Part shown: in pieces, positions 46,532 through 55,457 of the stretch
How positions within the stretch are numbered: position 1 is the stretch's first letter
Layout of the letters: each line of letters starts with the position of its first letter
IMG/VR virus record: IMGVR_UViG_3300038465_000091
Coordinates: 159,507 to 223,506 of that record
Length of the DNA: 64,000 bases
Direction: 5' to 3' (one strand)
Notes under the pieces: model-generated
Databases searched by the model: none
What the model saw: the letters and a program-made list of their open reading frames with translations, nothing else
What the model was told of the DNA's origin: nothing
Translations under genes and position numbers: made by a program

Positions 46532-47439
46532 TGACCGATCTTGTTATAGGGATTGCATCCGGCTATACATGGCATGAGCTTTATCCTTTCGTGGTCAGCC
46601 TACGGCGCTGCGGCTATGAAGGTCGTGCGGTACTCATTATTGGCGACGGACCACATGACGCGGGGCATCCCATTATCTATGAACGTGGTGAGGTGAAAGC
46701 CGACTTGTCCTCCAAGCTGGAGGATCACGGAATCGAGACCATCAACCTCGGAAACTTCCCCGAACATCCGATTCTTGCGAGGTTCCCCACGATTGCCGAC
46801 GCAATAGACAAGTCGAGCGGCTTGCGCTATGCGCTAAGTATGGACACGAAGGACATTGTGTTCCAATACGATCCCACGAAATGGTTGGAACGACATCTCG
46901 GCGACAAACAGATCGCGGTGCAGTCCGAGGAGACGACCTATGCTAAGAGTGAGGGAAACAAAAGAAACTGCATCCTCGCCTTCGGCGAGGAGACGTTCGA
47001 ACGAATGCGAGATGAGGATGTGCTGAATGCGGGGGTCATCTGCGGCACGCCGTCGTGGGTAAGCCGCCTGCACCGCGACATCTACAATCTCACGTTGACC
47101 GACATGCGGATGAAACGTGGCGAGAAAATAGGCTACGAACAGATGATCGCCGACCAGACGGCGCTGAACATTCTGCTTCGGCAGCCGCCCTATTCCGATG
47201 TAACCAAGATAGTTCACAACCACGAGGGTTTTGTTTACGAAGGTTGTCTCTACGGCAGTATTGCCCCCCACACATTGATGACCTCCGAACAAGTCGTCGA
47301 GCTTGCCAGTAGGACGAACTTGAGATGGGACGACGACATGACGATGACCACGAACGATGGCAGCCCGTATGCCGTTGTTCACCAGTATTTCGCCGTGTCT
47401 GAATGGATTCACGGCTTGCGGGGCAAGTTCGAGGGGTGA
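46528..47439 (+). CDS. GT-A fold glycosyltransferase-like protein
   Basis: PFVVSLR..GY.G...MDTKDIVFQYDP...LNAGVICG...DQTALN...VVHQY. Confidence 0.7.
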   Translation: MMTDLVIGIASGYTWHELYPFVVSLRRCGYEGRAVLIIGDGPHDAGHPIIYERGEVKADLSSKLEDHGIETINLGNFPEHPILARFPTIADAIDKSSGLRYALSMDTKDIVFQYDPTKWLERHLGDKQIAVQSEETTYAKSEGNKRNCILAFGEETFERMRDEDVLNAGVICGTPSWVSRLHRDIYNLTLTDMRMKRGEKIGYEQMIADQTALNILLRQPPYSDVTKIVHNHEGFVYEGCLYGSIAPHTLMTSEQVVELASRTNLRWDDDMTMTTNDGSPYAVVHQYFAVSEWIHGLRGKFEG

Positions 47440-47477
47440 GCAAACAAAGAACTTAAGGAACGGTACAGGGTAGAATA

Positions 47478-48737
47478 ATGGATTTGAATAACCCAGAAAT
47501 CAAACGCTGGACAGACAGTGGTACTGCATGTTGGGGCGTAACCGACGAATACAAGGGCGAACTGATCCTTGATTATGCGCGGCGTTTCAACCTGATGACT
47601 TTCGTCGAAACTGGAACATGGCACGGCGGCACCGTGGAGTATGTCAAGCAGCATTTCGACCAGATTCACTCCATAGAACTGTCCCCGGAGCTTGTCGAGA
47701 ATTGCAGAAAAAGATTTTCTGGTTCGCCCAACATCCACTTATATCAGGGTGACAGTGGTGAAAAGATCAAGGAGCTTTTTGGTGGTCTGAAAACTCCGAC
47801 GCTATTCTGGTTGGACGCACACCCGTCAGGCGGTGACACTGTTGGAACCTACAGTCCCTTGGAGAAGGAGCTTACGGCTATTTTTGAGAGCGGCGTCAAA
47901 GGCGTTATCCTGATTGACGACCTACAGGATTGCTGGGAACACAATTGGGCAGAAGTGGCGATGCGGACAGTCGCCAAATACAGCGGTTGGCGGCATGAAA
48001 TAACCCACGGCATCATGAGGATCGTATCCGTAGACGCCAGTGTCATCATCCCCCTGTACAACCTGCAAGACTTCGTGGGGCAAACCATCGAGTCCGCGCT
48101 CAATCAGACTCACCGATTTTTTGAAGTTATCGTCGTCAACGATGGGTCCACAGACGGGAGTCTCAATGTAGCGAAACGCTATGGAGATCGTATCATATTG
48201 ATAGATCAGCAGAACGCTGGATTGAATGCATCGCGTAACGCCGGAGCCAGAGTGTCAACGGGGACTTTCCTACTGCCGTTGGACGCCGACGACTGGATCG
48301 AGCCAACGTACCTTGAAAAGACTATCCCTTTAATGACTGAGGGCATTGGTGTAGTGTCTACCGATATGGACATATTTGGCGAGGTCAGTCGGGCGGACAT
48401 ATCTGGCGAGGTCAATCGGTTGCAGCCTATTGGTAGACCTACTCTCGAAATTCAAAAATGGGCGAACACGATGCCGTGCTGCTCCCTAATACGGCGCACA
48501 GCGTTTAACCAAGCTGGCGGCTATAGCGCCCGCCCAGACATTCAGGCTTACGGAGATTGGAATCTTTGGATTGACATTCTCAAACGCGGTTGGAAAGTCG
48601 CCTCACTAGCGGAACCCTTGTTTCACTATCGTGTGCGCCCGATATCAATGAGTTTAGAAGTATCATCAAAGCACGCTGAACTGGCGAAGGCTATTCGCCG
48701 TAATCACCCCGACCTGTTTAGGCTGGAGGAAAGATGA
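47478..48737 (+). CDS. SAM-methyltransferase-like and GT2 glycosyltransferase fusion
   Basis: FVETGTWHG...SIELS...GDS...FWLDAH...ILIDD, then SVIIPLYN...VVNDGSTD...LDADD. Confidence 0.85.
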   Translation: MDLNNPEIKRWTDSGTACWGVTDEYKGELILDYARRFNLMTFVETGTWHGGTVEYVKQHFDQIHSIELSPELVENCRKRFSGSPNIHLYQGDSGEKIKELFGGLKTPTLFWLDAHPSGGDTVGTYSPLEKELTAIFESGVKGVILIDDLQDCWEHNWAEVAMRTVAKYSGWRHEITHGIMRIVSVDASVIIPLYNLQDFVGQTIESALNQTHRFFEVIVVNDGSTDGSLNVAKRYGDRIILIDQQNAGLNASRNAGARVSTGTFLLPLDADDWIEPTYLEKTIPLMTEGIGVVSTDMDIFGEVSRADISGEVNRLQPIGRPTLEIQKWANTMPCCSLIRRTAFNQAGGYSARPDIQAYGDWNLWIDILKRGWKVASLAEPLFHYRVRPISMSLEVSSKHAELAKAIRRNHPDLFRLEER

Positions 48738-49732
48738 CCAAAATTCTCGTTACTGGCGGTGCTGGCTTTATCGCCAGCCATTTTATTGACCATGTTCTAC
48801 GTACCACGGACTGGCACATTACGGTGCTTGACAAGTTCACCTACGCCTCGAATGGTCTGACTCGGCTAAAAGAGATCGGTGCGTATGATAATCCACGGGT
48901 TAAAATCCACGTCCACGATTGTGCACGACCTTTCGGCTCCTGTTTGGAAAACGAGATCGGTCATATCGACTATCTATTGCACATGGCGGCAGGCACCCAC
49001 GTGGACAATTCCATAGCATGTCCGAGAGATTTCGTCGAAGCGAACATTTTCGGCACCTTCGAGATGCTGGAATACGCTCGCCGCATACCGGGGCTCAAGA
49101 AATTCGTCTACTTCTCCTCGGATGAAGTCTACGGCCCGGCAGCCGTTGGTCAGAAGTTTGAAGAGTGGGACAGATACAACTCTTGCAACCCGTATTCCGC
49201 TACCAAGGCTGGCGGCGAGGAGCTTTCTCTCGCATGGGCTAACACTTACGGGGTGCCCGTAGTCATCACCCACACTATGAATGTGATTGGTGAAAGACAG
49301 CACCCCGAAAAATTCGTGCCGAGGGTTGTTCGTAGCGTGCTTGCGGGCACTGAGATTCAGATACACACAGACCCCAAGACAGGTAAGCCCGGGAGCCGCC
49401 ACTACCTGCATTGCCGAGATGTTTCGGACGCCGTGATGTTCCTGTTGCCTCGCGCTGAAATTCGCCAGAAGTACAACATAGCAGGCGAAGTGGAGATTTC
49501 CAATCTTGAAGTCGCACAAGCGGTAGCCGAAGTTTTGGGTAAAGAACTCAAGTTCAAGCAAGTTAACCCAATCGACGTGAGACCGGGGTTTGATGTGCGC
49601 TATGGGCTTAGTGGCAAGAAGATGGCCGAGATGGGTTGGACGCCCGCTCACAGTTTTCGGGAGAACATCAAGTACCTCGTGGAGTGGATGGTCGCTCCCG
49701 AGAATTCTCACTGGCTGAAAGTCGGGGATTAA
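48734..49732 (+). CDS. rfbB: dTDP-glucose 4,6-dehydratase-like SDR enzyme
   Basis: VTGGAGFIASHF, LDKFTYA, HMAAGTHVDNSI, SSDEVYG, PYSATKA, QHPEKFVP. Confidence 0.8.
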   Translation: MTKILVTGGAGFIASHFIDHVLRTTDWHITVLDKFTYASNGLTRLKEIGAYDNPRVKIHVHDCARPFGSCLENEIGHIDYLLHMAAGTHVDNSIACPRDFVEANIFGTFEMLEYARRIPGLKKFVYFSSDEVYGPAAVGQKFEEWDRYNSCNPYSATKAGGEELSLAWANTYGVPVVITHTMNVIGERQHPEKFVPRVVRSVLAGTEIQIHTDPKTGKPGSRHYLHCRDVSDAVMFLLPRAEIRQKYNIAGEVEISNLEVAQAVAEVLGKELKFKQVNPIDVRPGFDVRYGLSGKKMAEMGWTPAHSFRENIKYLVEWMVAPENSHWLKVGD

Positions 49733-49733
49733 C

Positions 49734-50339
49734 ATGAACGAACTCTGCACACTCGGAGCGAAATACAGGACGGATAAACATAACGCCAAAAACTTCCCTG
49801 AAGAAGGCGATCTGACATCCGTCTACCACGGTCTTCTGAAGGACCGTAGGGATGATGTTCGGAAGGTTCTGGAGATCGGGATTGGGCACACCGTGGCGGG
49901 GCGAGAAGGTTGGATGGGAACTATAGACGATTACCACGCCGGGGCTAGCCTGTTCATGTGGGAAGAATATTTCTCCAATGCGGAGATTTTTGCGTTGGAT
50001 ATTGTCACTGAGGCGCTCATCAATCAAGGTCGCATCCGCTCTTTTTGGTGCGACCAGAGCAGTGAAGATTCCCTGCGAAGTATTATGCCCACGCTCGGAA
50101 CTGATTTCGATCTCATTATAGACGACGGTTCTCACCAAGTTGAGCATCAGATTTTGACAGCTAACACCTTCATGCCCCTACTGGGTCCGAGGGGAATCTA
50201 CGTCATCGAAGACATCCACCTGAAAGATAGGGAGATGATAAAGAACGGAATCAAGAATCCGTCCGAGTTTAGGGAAGTTATAGACACGGAAGGTCTCATC
50301 GGCGACCTAATGCTGATCTTTAAGAAGGAGAGTGTATGA
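49734..50339 (+). CDS. Sugar O-methyltransferase-like (class I SAM, MycE/TylE-like)
   Basis: TDK...VLEIGIG...ASL.MWEEYF.NAEIFALDI...CDQS...FDLIIDDGSH...YVIEDI. Confidence 0.8.
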   Translation: MNELCTLGAKYRTDKHNAKNFPEEGDLTSVYHGLLKDRRDDVRKVLEIGIGHTVAGREGWMGTIDDYHAGASLFMWEEYFSNAEIFALDIVTEALINQGRIRSFWCDQSSEDSLRSIMPTLGTDFDLIIDDGSHQVEHQILTANTFMPLLGPRGIYVIEDIHLKDREMIKNGIKNPSEFREVIDTEGLIGDLMLIFKKESV

Positions 50340-51316
50340 GCAACATAATGGTAACAGGCGCAGGCGGTTTCATCGGGCATCATCTGGTCAAGCGGCTGAA
50401 GGCAGAGGGACACTTCGTTCGCGGTATCGACATCAAGTACCCCGAGTTTGAAAAGACGGCGGCGGACGAGTTCTGGCTTAAGGATTTGCGTTGGGACTAT
50501 AACGCCATCCACGCTTTCAACGGTGAGCCATTCTGTGTTCGCGAGTTCGACGAGGTTTATCAGCTTGCGGCTGACATGGGCGGCATCGGGTACATCACGA
50601 AGTATCTCGCCGACATCGCTCGTAACAACATTCTGATTAACGTCAACATGTTGGAGGCGGCTCGGAGATTTGGCGTCAAGCACTACCTCTACACGTCCTC
50701 GGCCTGCGTGTACAATCAAGACAAGCAGCGAGATGCCAACGTAGTGCCCCTGAGGGAAGAGGATGCTTACCCCGCGCTACCCGAACGCGGCTACGGCTGG
50801 GAGAAATTGTTCGCTGAGCAAATGTGCGAATACTACCAGCACGATTACAACCTCGACATTCGCATGGTGAGATTCCATAACGTCTATGGTCCTCTCGGGA
50901 CATACGACGGCGGTAAAGAGAAGTCCCCCGCAGCCATCTGCCGCAAGGTTGCACTGGCACGGGATGGCGGGGAGATCGAAGTTTGGGGCGATGGGTTGGC
51001 GACCCGTAGCTACATGTACATTGATGACTGTGTGGAGGGACTGAGACGCCTTATGAACTCGGGTTATCAGAAGCCATTAAACCTCGGCACTGATGAGCTT
51101 GTCACGGTAGATGGTCTGGTGGACATTATCAGTGGTGTTGCTGGAAAGACCTTGACCAAGCGCCATGACCTCACCAAGCCGCAGGGTGTGCGCGGACGAA
51201 ACAGCGACAATAATCTGCTTCGCCAGATTCTCGGATGGGAACCGAAGACACTCCTCGCGGATGGATTACGGCCAACATACGAATGGATTAAGGATCAAGT
51301 ATGTCCGAAACTCTAA
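50336..51316 (+). CDS. GDP-mannose 3,5-epimerase-like SDR enzyme
   Basis: GAGGFIG, LAADMGGIGYI, SSACVY, YGWEKL, RFHNVYGP.GT..GGKEKSPAA.CRK, PQGVRGRNSDN are hallmark GME motifs. Confidence 0.85.
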   Translation: MSNIMVTGAGGFIGHHLVKRLKAEGHFVRGIDIKYPEFEKTAADEFWLKDLRWDYNAIHAFNGEPFCVREFDEVYQLAADMGGIGYITKYLADIARNNILINVNMLEAARRFGVKHYLYTSSACVYNQDKQRDANVVPLREEDAYPALPERGYGWEKLFAEQMCEYYQHDYNLDIRMVRFHNVYGPLGTYDGGKEKSPAAICRKVALARDGGEIEVWGDGLATRSYMYIDDCVEGLRRLMNSGYQKPLNLGTDELVTVDGLVDIISGVAGKTLTKRHDLTKPQGVRGRNSDNNLLRQILGWEPKTLLADGLRPTYEWIKDQVCPKL

Positions 51317-53028
51317 TAGCGATAATTACTTGCAAGAAGTACGCCTATCGAGTCCAGATGCAGTTGGACACGTGGGTTCCGCAAGCAATTGCCGCAGGAT
51401 TTGACGTTGAGGTTTTTGACGGCGAGAGGCTAGGTGTCCCCGACGACTACTTGTCCCTGCCGCTTAAGACTAAAGCCCTGTGCAAGTGGGCTGCTGACCG
51501 TGGGTACAAGCGTCTACTAAAGCTTGATGACGACGCCTACATTCGAGTTGCAAATTTTCATACTGTTTTTGATGACTATGCGGGAATTTTCATCTTGAAA
51601 AATGACTGTGGGCTGCGGAACAAGGACATTAAAGATTTCCCAAATGGTACGTGTCCCTTCCCATACGCCAGTGGCGGCGGATACTGGTTGTCCGAACGTT
51701 CCATGAAAATTTTGATAGACGCGCCTTTTTATAGTGATTGGGCCGAAGACAGATGGGTGGGTCAGACGTTGGGGCGGGCAGGAATTTTCGTGACCGTACT
51801 TCCAAACTACTACATGTTCATTCCTTGGGCAAACGCGGCTCACCCACTGGATTATAAAAATACGAAGGAATACACTCATATCCCCATACAGCAAGTGATT
51901 GCCTCGGAAGATTTGATTCTACTCACACAAATCACCAAAGCCGAGGAGTTCAAAGCCCTCCATGCGTGGCAACCTAAAGAACAAGTTGCGGCTGGCTCTC
52001 CCCCAACCCTAAATTCTACGGCATTGATCGTCATAGCCACGGGAGTTGTGTATCAGCACTATGCAAAAGAGCTTATCGCTTCAGCGAAACAGTTCTTTGT
52101 TCCCCATGATGTGTTTCTGTTTACGGATAGTCAAGAGCCTTTTGATGGTGTGAGTGTTCAACTTCACCACGCCCATCTCGGTTATCCTGGATCGACCCTG
52201 ATGAGATACCACGCTATCGTATCGCAGCGTGAAGCTCTCTCCAATTACGACTACATATTCTACGTGGACGCTGACATGAAGTTTCTTTCTACGGTCTCGG
52301 CGGGTGAGGTGTTTTCTGCTGGTATCACCGCGACCGAACACCCCGGATTTATCGGTGGTGGGGGATCGCCTGAGACTAGACCAAAATCTGCGGCTTACGT
52401 TCGAGAACTCAAAGTGTATTATTGTGGCGGATTTAACGGCGGTACTGCTAAGGCATTTTTAGCTATGGCTGAGGAGCTAAAGCGGGGAGTGGATACCGAC
52501 AAAGCCAACGGCATAACAGCGGTCTGGCATGACGAATCTCATCTCAATCGTTTTTTGTTTTATAATCCCCCATCGCGGGTTCTCTCCGTGGAATTTTGTT
52601 GGCCCTCTGTGGAATGGCGATTAACTTCGTACCTTAAAGAATGGCGAAAAGTACGAGGTGAAACGTATGGGCAGGAGCTTGTTCCTAAGTTGATGGCTAT
52701 CGACAAATCGTCAAGGACGGAATACTCAAGTATAAGTCCTCAACCCCCACCCCCGACCCCGCCACCTAATGTGATCGCGGCACGGTGTAACCGTCACAAT
52801 GTGTCGGCTTGCAGTGTATGTATAGCGCACGGTTGGCAATTTCGACAGCCTATCACCCCTGCGCCCACACCGATATCGCCACAAGCCACAACCCCGCCCG
52901 CTCCCCCTCCTCAACCGAATCCGCAAGTGCAGGCGGCAGCGGCGAAGGCTCTTACGGCAACTTTGAAACCAAGTCAAGGGGCTTTGTATCGTAACAGGAA
53001 TGCGGACAATCAGAGGAAGTTGAGATAA
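51301..53028 (+). CDS. GT31-like and GT6 bifunctional glycosyltransferase with Pro-rich tail
   Basis: N-terminus DDYLSLPLKT...KLDDD...GGGYWLS...EDRWVG; C-terminus IATG..Y...FTD...YVDAD...YYCGGFNGG...WHDESHLNRF. Confidence 0.85.
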   Translation: MSETLIAIITCKKYAYRVQMQLDTWVPQAIAAGFDVEVFDGERLGVPDDYLSLPLKTKALCKWAADRGYKRLLKLDDDAYIRVANFHTVFDDYAGIFILKNDCGLRNKDIKDFPNGTCPFPYASGGGYWLSERSMKILIDAPFYSDWAEDRWVGQTLGRAGIFVTVLPNYYMFIPWANAAHPLDYKNTKEYTHIPIQQVIASEDLILLTQITKAEEFKALHAWQPKEQVAAGSPPTLNSTALIVIATGVVYQHYAKELIASAKQFFVPHDVFLFTDSQEPFDGVSVQLHHAHLGYPGSTLMRYHAIVSQREALSNYDYIFYVDADMKFLSTVSAGEVFSAGITATEHPGFIGGGGSPETRPKSAAYVRELKVYYCGGFNGGTAKAFLAMAEELKRGVDTDKANGITAVWHDESHLNRFLFYNPPSRVLSVEFCWPSVEWRLTSYLKEWRKVRGETYGQELVPKLMAIDKSSRTEYSSISPQPPPPTPPPNVIAARCNRHNVSACSVCIAHGWQFRQPITPAPTPISPQATTPPAPPPQPNPQVQAAAAKALTATLKPSQGALYRNRNADNQRKLR

Positions 53029-53029
53029 A

Positions 53030-53150
53030 GGGCTGCGACTTAATGCCCGCCAGCCGCAGCCCATGCAAGGTTCCAAAACTGTCATGACAGTTCCAGAGAG
53101 CGGCCATGCCCGCAAACCCAGCAAGAGCCGGGTTATATGGACGGCGGGAA
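53030..53150 (-). ncRNA. Putative structured RNA between convergent genes
   Basis: Minus-strand stems close with G-U pairs (53134-53127/53122-53115; 53062-53052/53040-53030); palindrome at 53077-53092. Confidence 0.4.
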
Positions 53151-53154
53151 TTAC

Positions 53155-53457
53155 TTAAGATTTTGGTAGCTGGGAATTTTCTAGCTTGGCGATGCGATCC
53201 TCAAGCTCGTGGAACTTCATGCGTCCAAGGTTGAGAGACGACGACATGCCCCGTTGTGCGGACAGCAAGTCGGCTATGTGCTCGGTCACTGGACGGGATG
53301 CTACAATCGCTTCCCATGCACGGTCACGGTTAGCCCATGCCGCGTCAATGGAGTCGCCATCGCCGGGGTTCGCGTTGAACAGGACACGCAGGCAGCGTTC
53401 ACCAGCCTCGTCTAACAGCGCCATCGCTTGCTCGTAAGTTAACTTCGCCTCACTCAT
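53155..53457 (-). CDS. Hypothetical protein (100 aa)
   Basis: ORF downstream of and co-oriented with 53493..54398. Confidence 0.6.
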   Translation of the reverse strand: MSEAKLTYEQAMALLDEAGERCLRVLFNANPGDGDSIDAAWANRDRAWEAIVASRPVTEHIADLLSAQRGMSSSLNLGRMKFHELEDRIAKLENSQLPKS

Positions 53458-53492
53458 GGTTCTTTAATTTAATTACAATAAAGTTTCCCGAC

Positions 53493-54398
53493 TCAGCCAT
53501 TTTGACCGAATAAATAAACTTGAAGATTCGTAGTGCCGTCTCCACCTTTGACGCACACACGAACGTAGTTGAAGTATAGGCAGGATGGCGACCACATGAC
53601 CGATGTGGGAGAACCAGTGTACGACGCCCCACCCCCAAACAGTCCCGTGACCGTATCGTATGAAATCGCAGCCTCATTGTCCGTACCAGTCACAGCCGCC
53701 ACATTGAGATTGCCAGTAATGTTTGTCCCCCAACTTGGGGTGCCCGTCGTGTTGGCCGCTGGCGGCACGATCAGGTTGTTCTGCCATGCGTACAGCATGA
53801 ATGCCTGATTGACGCTGATCGGGCCTGTGGCGACGGCAAGGTTGCCGAATGTCTGACCTGAGTTAAATGGAGGATTCTGAAGGACATAGGGTCCGCTGTT
53901 GACGCTGACGTACACATTATAGGCTGTGGCGTATCCACCCGCGTCAGGACCGGGGGCCGCGACCGAAATAGTTTTACCTGCGGCGACAGCAAGCGTTGTC
54001 GCTGCGCTGGCTCCCGTTTCGCCCTGAAGATTGACGTAGGTCAGCTTCACCCCGTAAGTAGCTGCTGGATAGGTGAAAGCCTGATCGCCCCCGCCAGCGT
54101 TGGGAGACTGCCCGTGTCCCGCGCTCGTGGGGGTAAATGCGGTGAGAACTGGGGCCGAAGGAGCGGCAATCTGAGTGGCGGCGGTGAGGTTATCGGTTAA
54201 GACATTGGGGTCGTTTGAAACTTCAATCCAAATAGACGCTCCCGATGGAAGAGTTGCTGGTACGCCAGTCGAAGCGTTGCGAGCGGCAACCTGTATCGAT
54301 GAAGCCACAAAGTTCGAGACGTTCCGCCACGGGCTGTTGATTTGGGTCGTACCCGAGGGACAGATAATATTGAGGAGCGTATTGTTGATAGTCTGCAT
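53493..54398 (-). CDS. Putative virion structural protein with an Ig/FN3-like insert
   Basis: AAGGAG RBS; AAPSAPVL...YGVKLTYVN..GET..S...YNVYV inserted between IEVSND and YVRV. Confidence 0.7.
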   Translation of the reverse strand: MQTINNTLLNIICPSGTTQINSPWRNVSNFVASSIQVAARNASTGVPATLPSGASIWIEVSNDPNVLTDNLTAATQIAAPSAPVLTAFTPTSAGHGQSPNAGGGDQAFTYPAATYGVKLTYVNLQGETGASAATTLAVAAGKTISVAAPGPDAGGYATAYNVYVSVNSGPYVLQNPPFNSGQTFGNLAVATGPISVNQAFMLYAWQNNLIVPPAANTTGTPSWGTNITGNLNVAAVTGTDNEAAISYDTVTGLFGGGASYTGSPTSVMWSPSCLYFNYVRVCVKGGDGTTNLQVYLFGQNG

Positions 54399-54513
54399 GA
54401 GAACTCCTTGCTAATTAAAGCACCCGAAAGTCGATAACTCTGGTTAATACCCATCAGAAAGCCGTTTGTTTCCCGAAAATCAACTATCGGATGCTACTTC
54501 AGAGGGTAACAAC

Positions 54514-54831
54514 ATGGGCAAGCTTCGTGCGGCGACAACTTTCGGATTAGGGGCTCAAAAATCCGCTGATTCCAGCGTTTTCACGGTTAATCACTTCATT
54601 TCCAGCACCCCCGTACCCCCCGCCCTCAAGCAAAAGATCGCCAGCATGGGACTTGAACGGATAGCTGGCAATATATATGAATCACCGAGCACTCGGGATT
54701 TTTGGAAAGTAAAAGGAAACAGTATCATAAAGCTAGTTGGCGATGAGGTAGACAATGGAGAGTCAATCGCCGCCGCCCCTAAAAACGACCCTATGGGTTT
54801 TATGGGTGCTTTTGACGATATCGAGTTCTAA
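54514..54831 (+). CDS. Conserved-looking hypothetical protein
   Basis: QKSAD, QKIAS.GL.RIA.N.Y.SPST.DFWKV; upstream late-type motif. Confidence 0.7.
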   Translation: MGKLRAATTFGLGAQKSADSSVFTVNHFISSTPVPPALKQKIASMGLERIAGNIYESPSTRDFWKVKGNSIIKLVGDEVDNGESIAAAPKNDPMGFMGAFDDIEF

Positions 54832-54832
54832 C

Positions 54833-55453
54833 ATGCTGATTTACAAGCTCACAAATCGAATCAACGGTGGGGTCTACATCGGCAAATATGTCGGAGATGA
54901 GGCAGACGCTCGTTTTCAACAGCACGTTCGCGAAGCGAGACGGGGTGGGGATCGTTACCTATGCCGCACTATTCGCAAGTACGGCTCGGATGCCTTCAAG
55001 GTCGAAGTGATTTATCGTGCCAAGACCGCTGATGAACTCTCCAAGATGGAGACCTTTTTCATCGTTCTCCATCAAAGTCATAAAGTTGAGAACGGCTACA
55101 ACATGACGCTGGGCGGTGAGGGAACTGTGGGCCGGATTATTTCGGAAAGAACAAGACAGCTTTGGAGTGAGCAGCGTAAAGGAAGACCTGTCACAGCGCA
55201 ACAGTTGAAAAACCTAGCTCTTGGGCATCATCGACCGAAAAAAATAGTTGCGGTTAAACCCGCCGAAGAAGTGGAAGCCGCAATGAAAGCAGCGATGCGG
55301 GCTGCATGGACTCCCGAACGTAGGGCAGCACAAGCACAGCGGATAGCAAATCGGAATCGTCTTCGTGTTGGAAAACGTGGAGCATTATCTACGGAATGGA
55401 AGATGGCGATTTCAAATGCAAAGAAGGGGAAAGCAGCTTCGGCTGCGGCATAA
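54833..55453 (+). CDS. GIY-YIG homing endonuclease
   Basis: LIYKLTNRINGGVYIGK...METFFIVLHQS.KVENGYNMTLGG. Confidence 0.88.
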   Translation: MLIYKLTNRINGGVYIGKYVGDEADARFQQHVREARRGGDRYLCRTIRKYGSDAFKVEVIYRAKTADELSKMETFFIVLHQSHKVENGYNMTLGGEGTVGRIISERTRQLWSEQRKGRPVTAQQLKNLALGHHRPKKIVAVKPAEEVEAAMKAAMRAAWTPERRAAQAQRIANRNRLRVGKRGALSTEWKMAISNAKKGKAASAAA

Positions 55454-55457
55454 ACCT

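Noticed and set aside
44330-53028. Bacterial O-antigen/EPS locus (host contamination or chimera)
   Set aside because: No wzx/wzy/ABC export or priming transferase; the cluster is coupled to a phage-type GIY-YIG gene with the late-type motif upstream and is flanked by virion genes.
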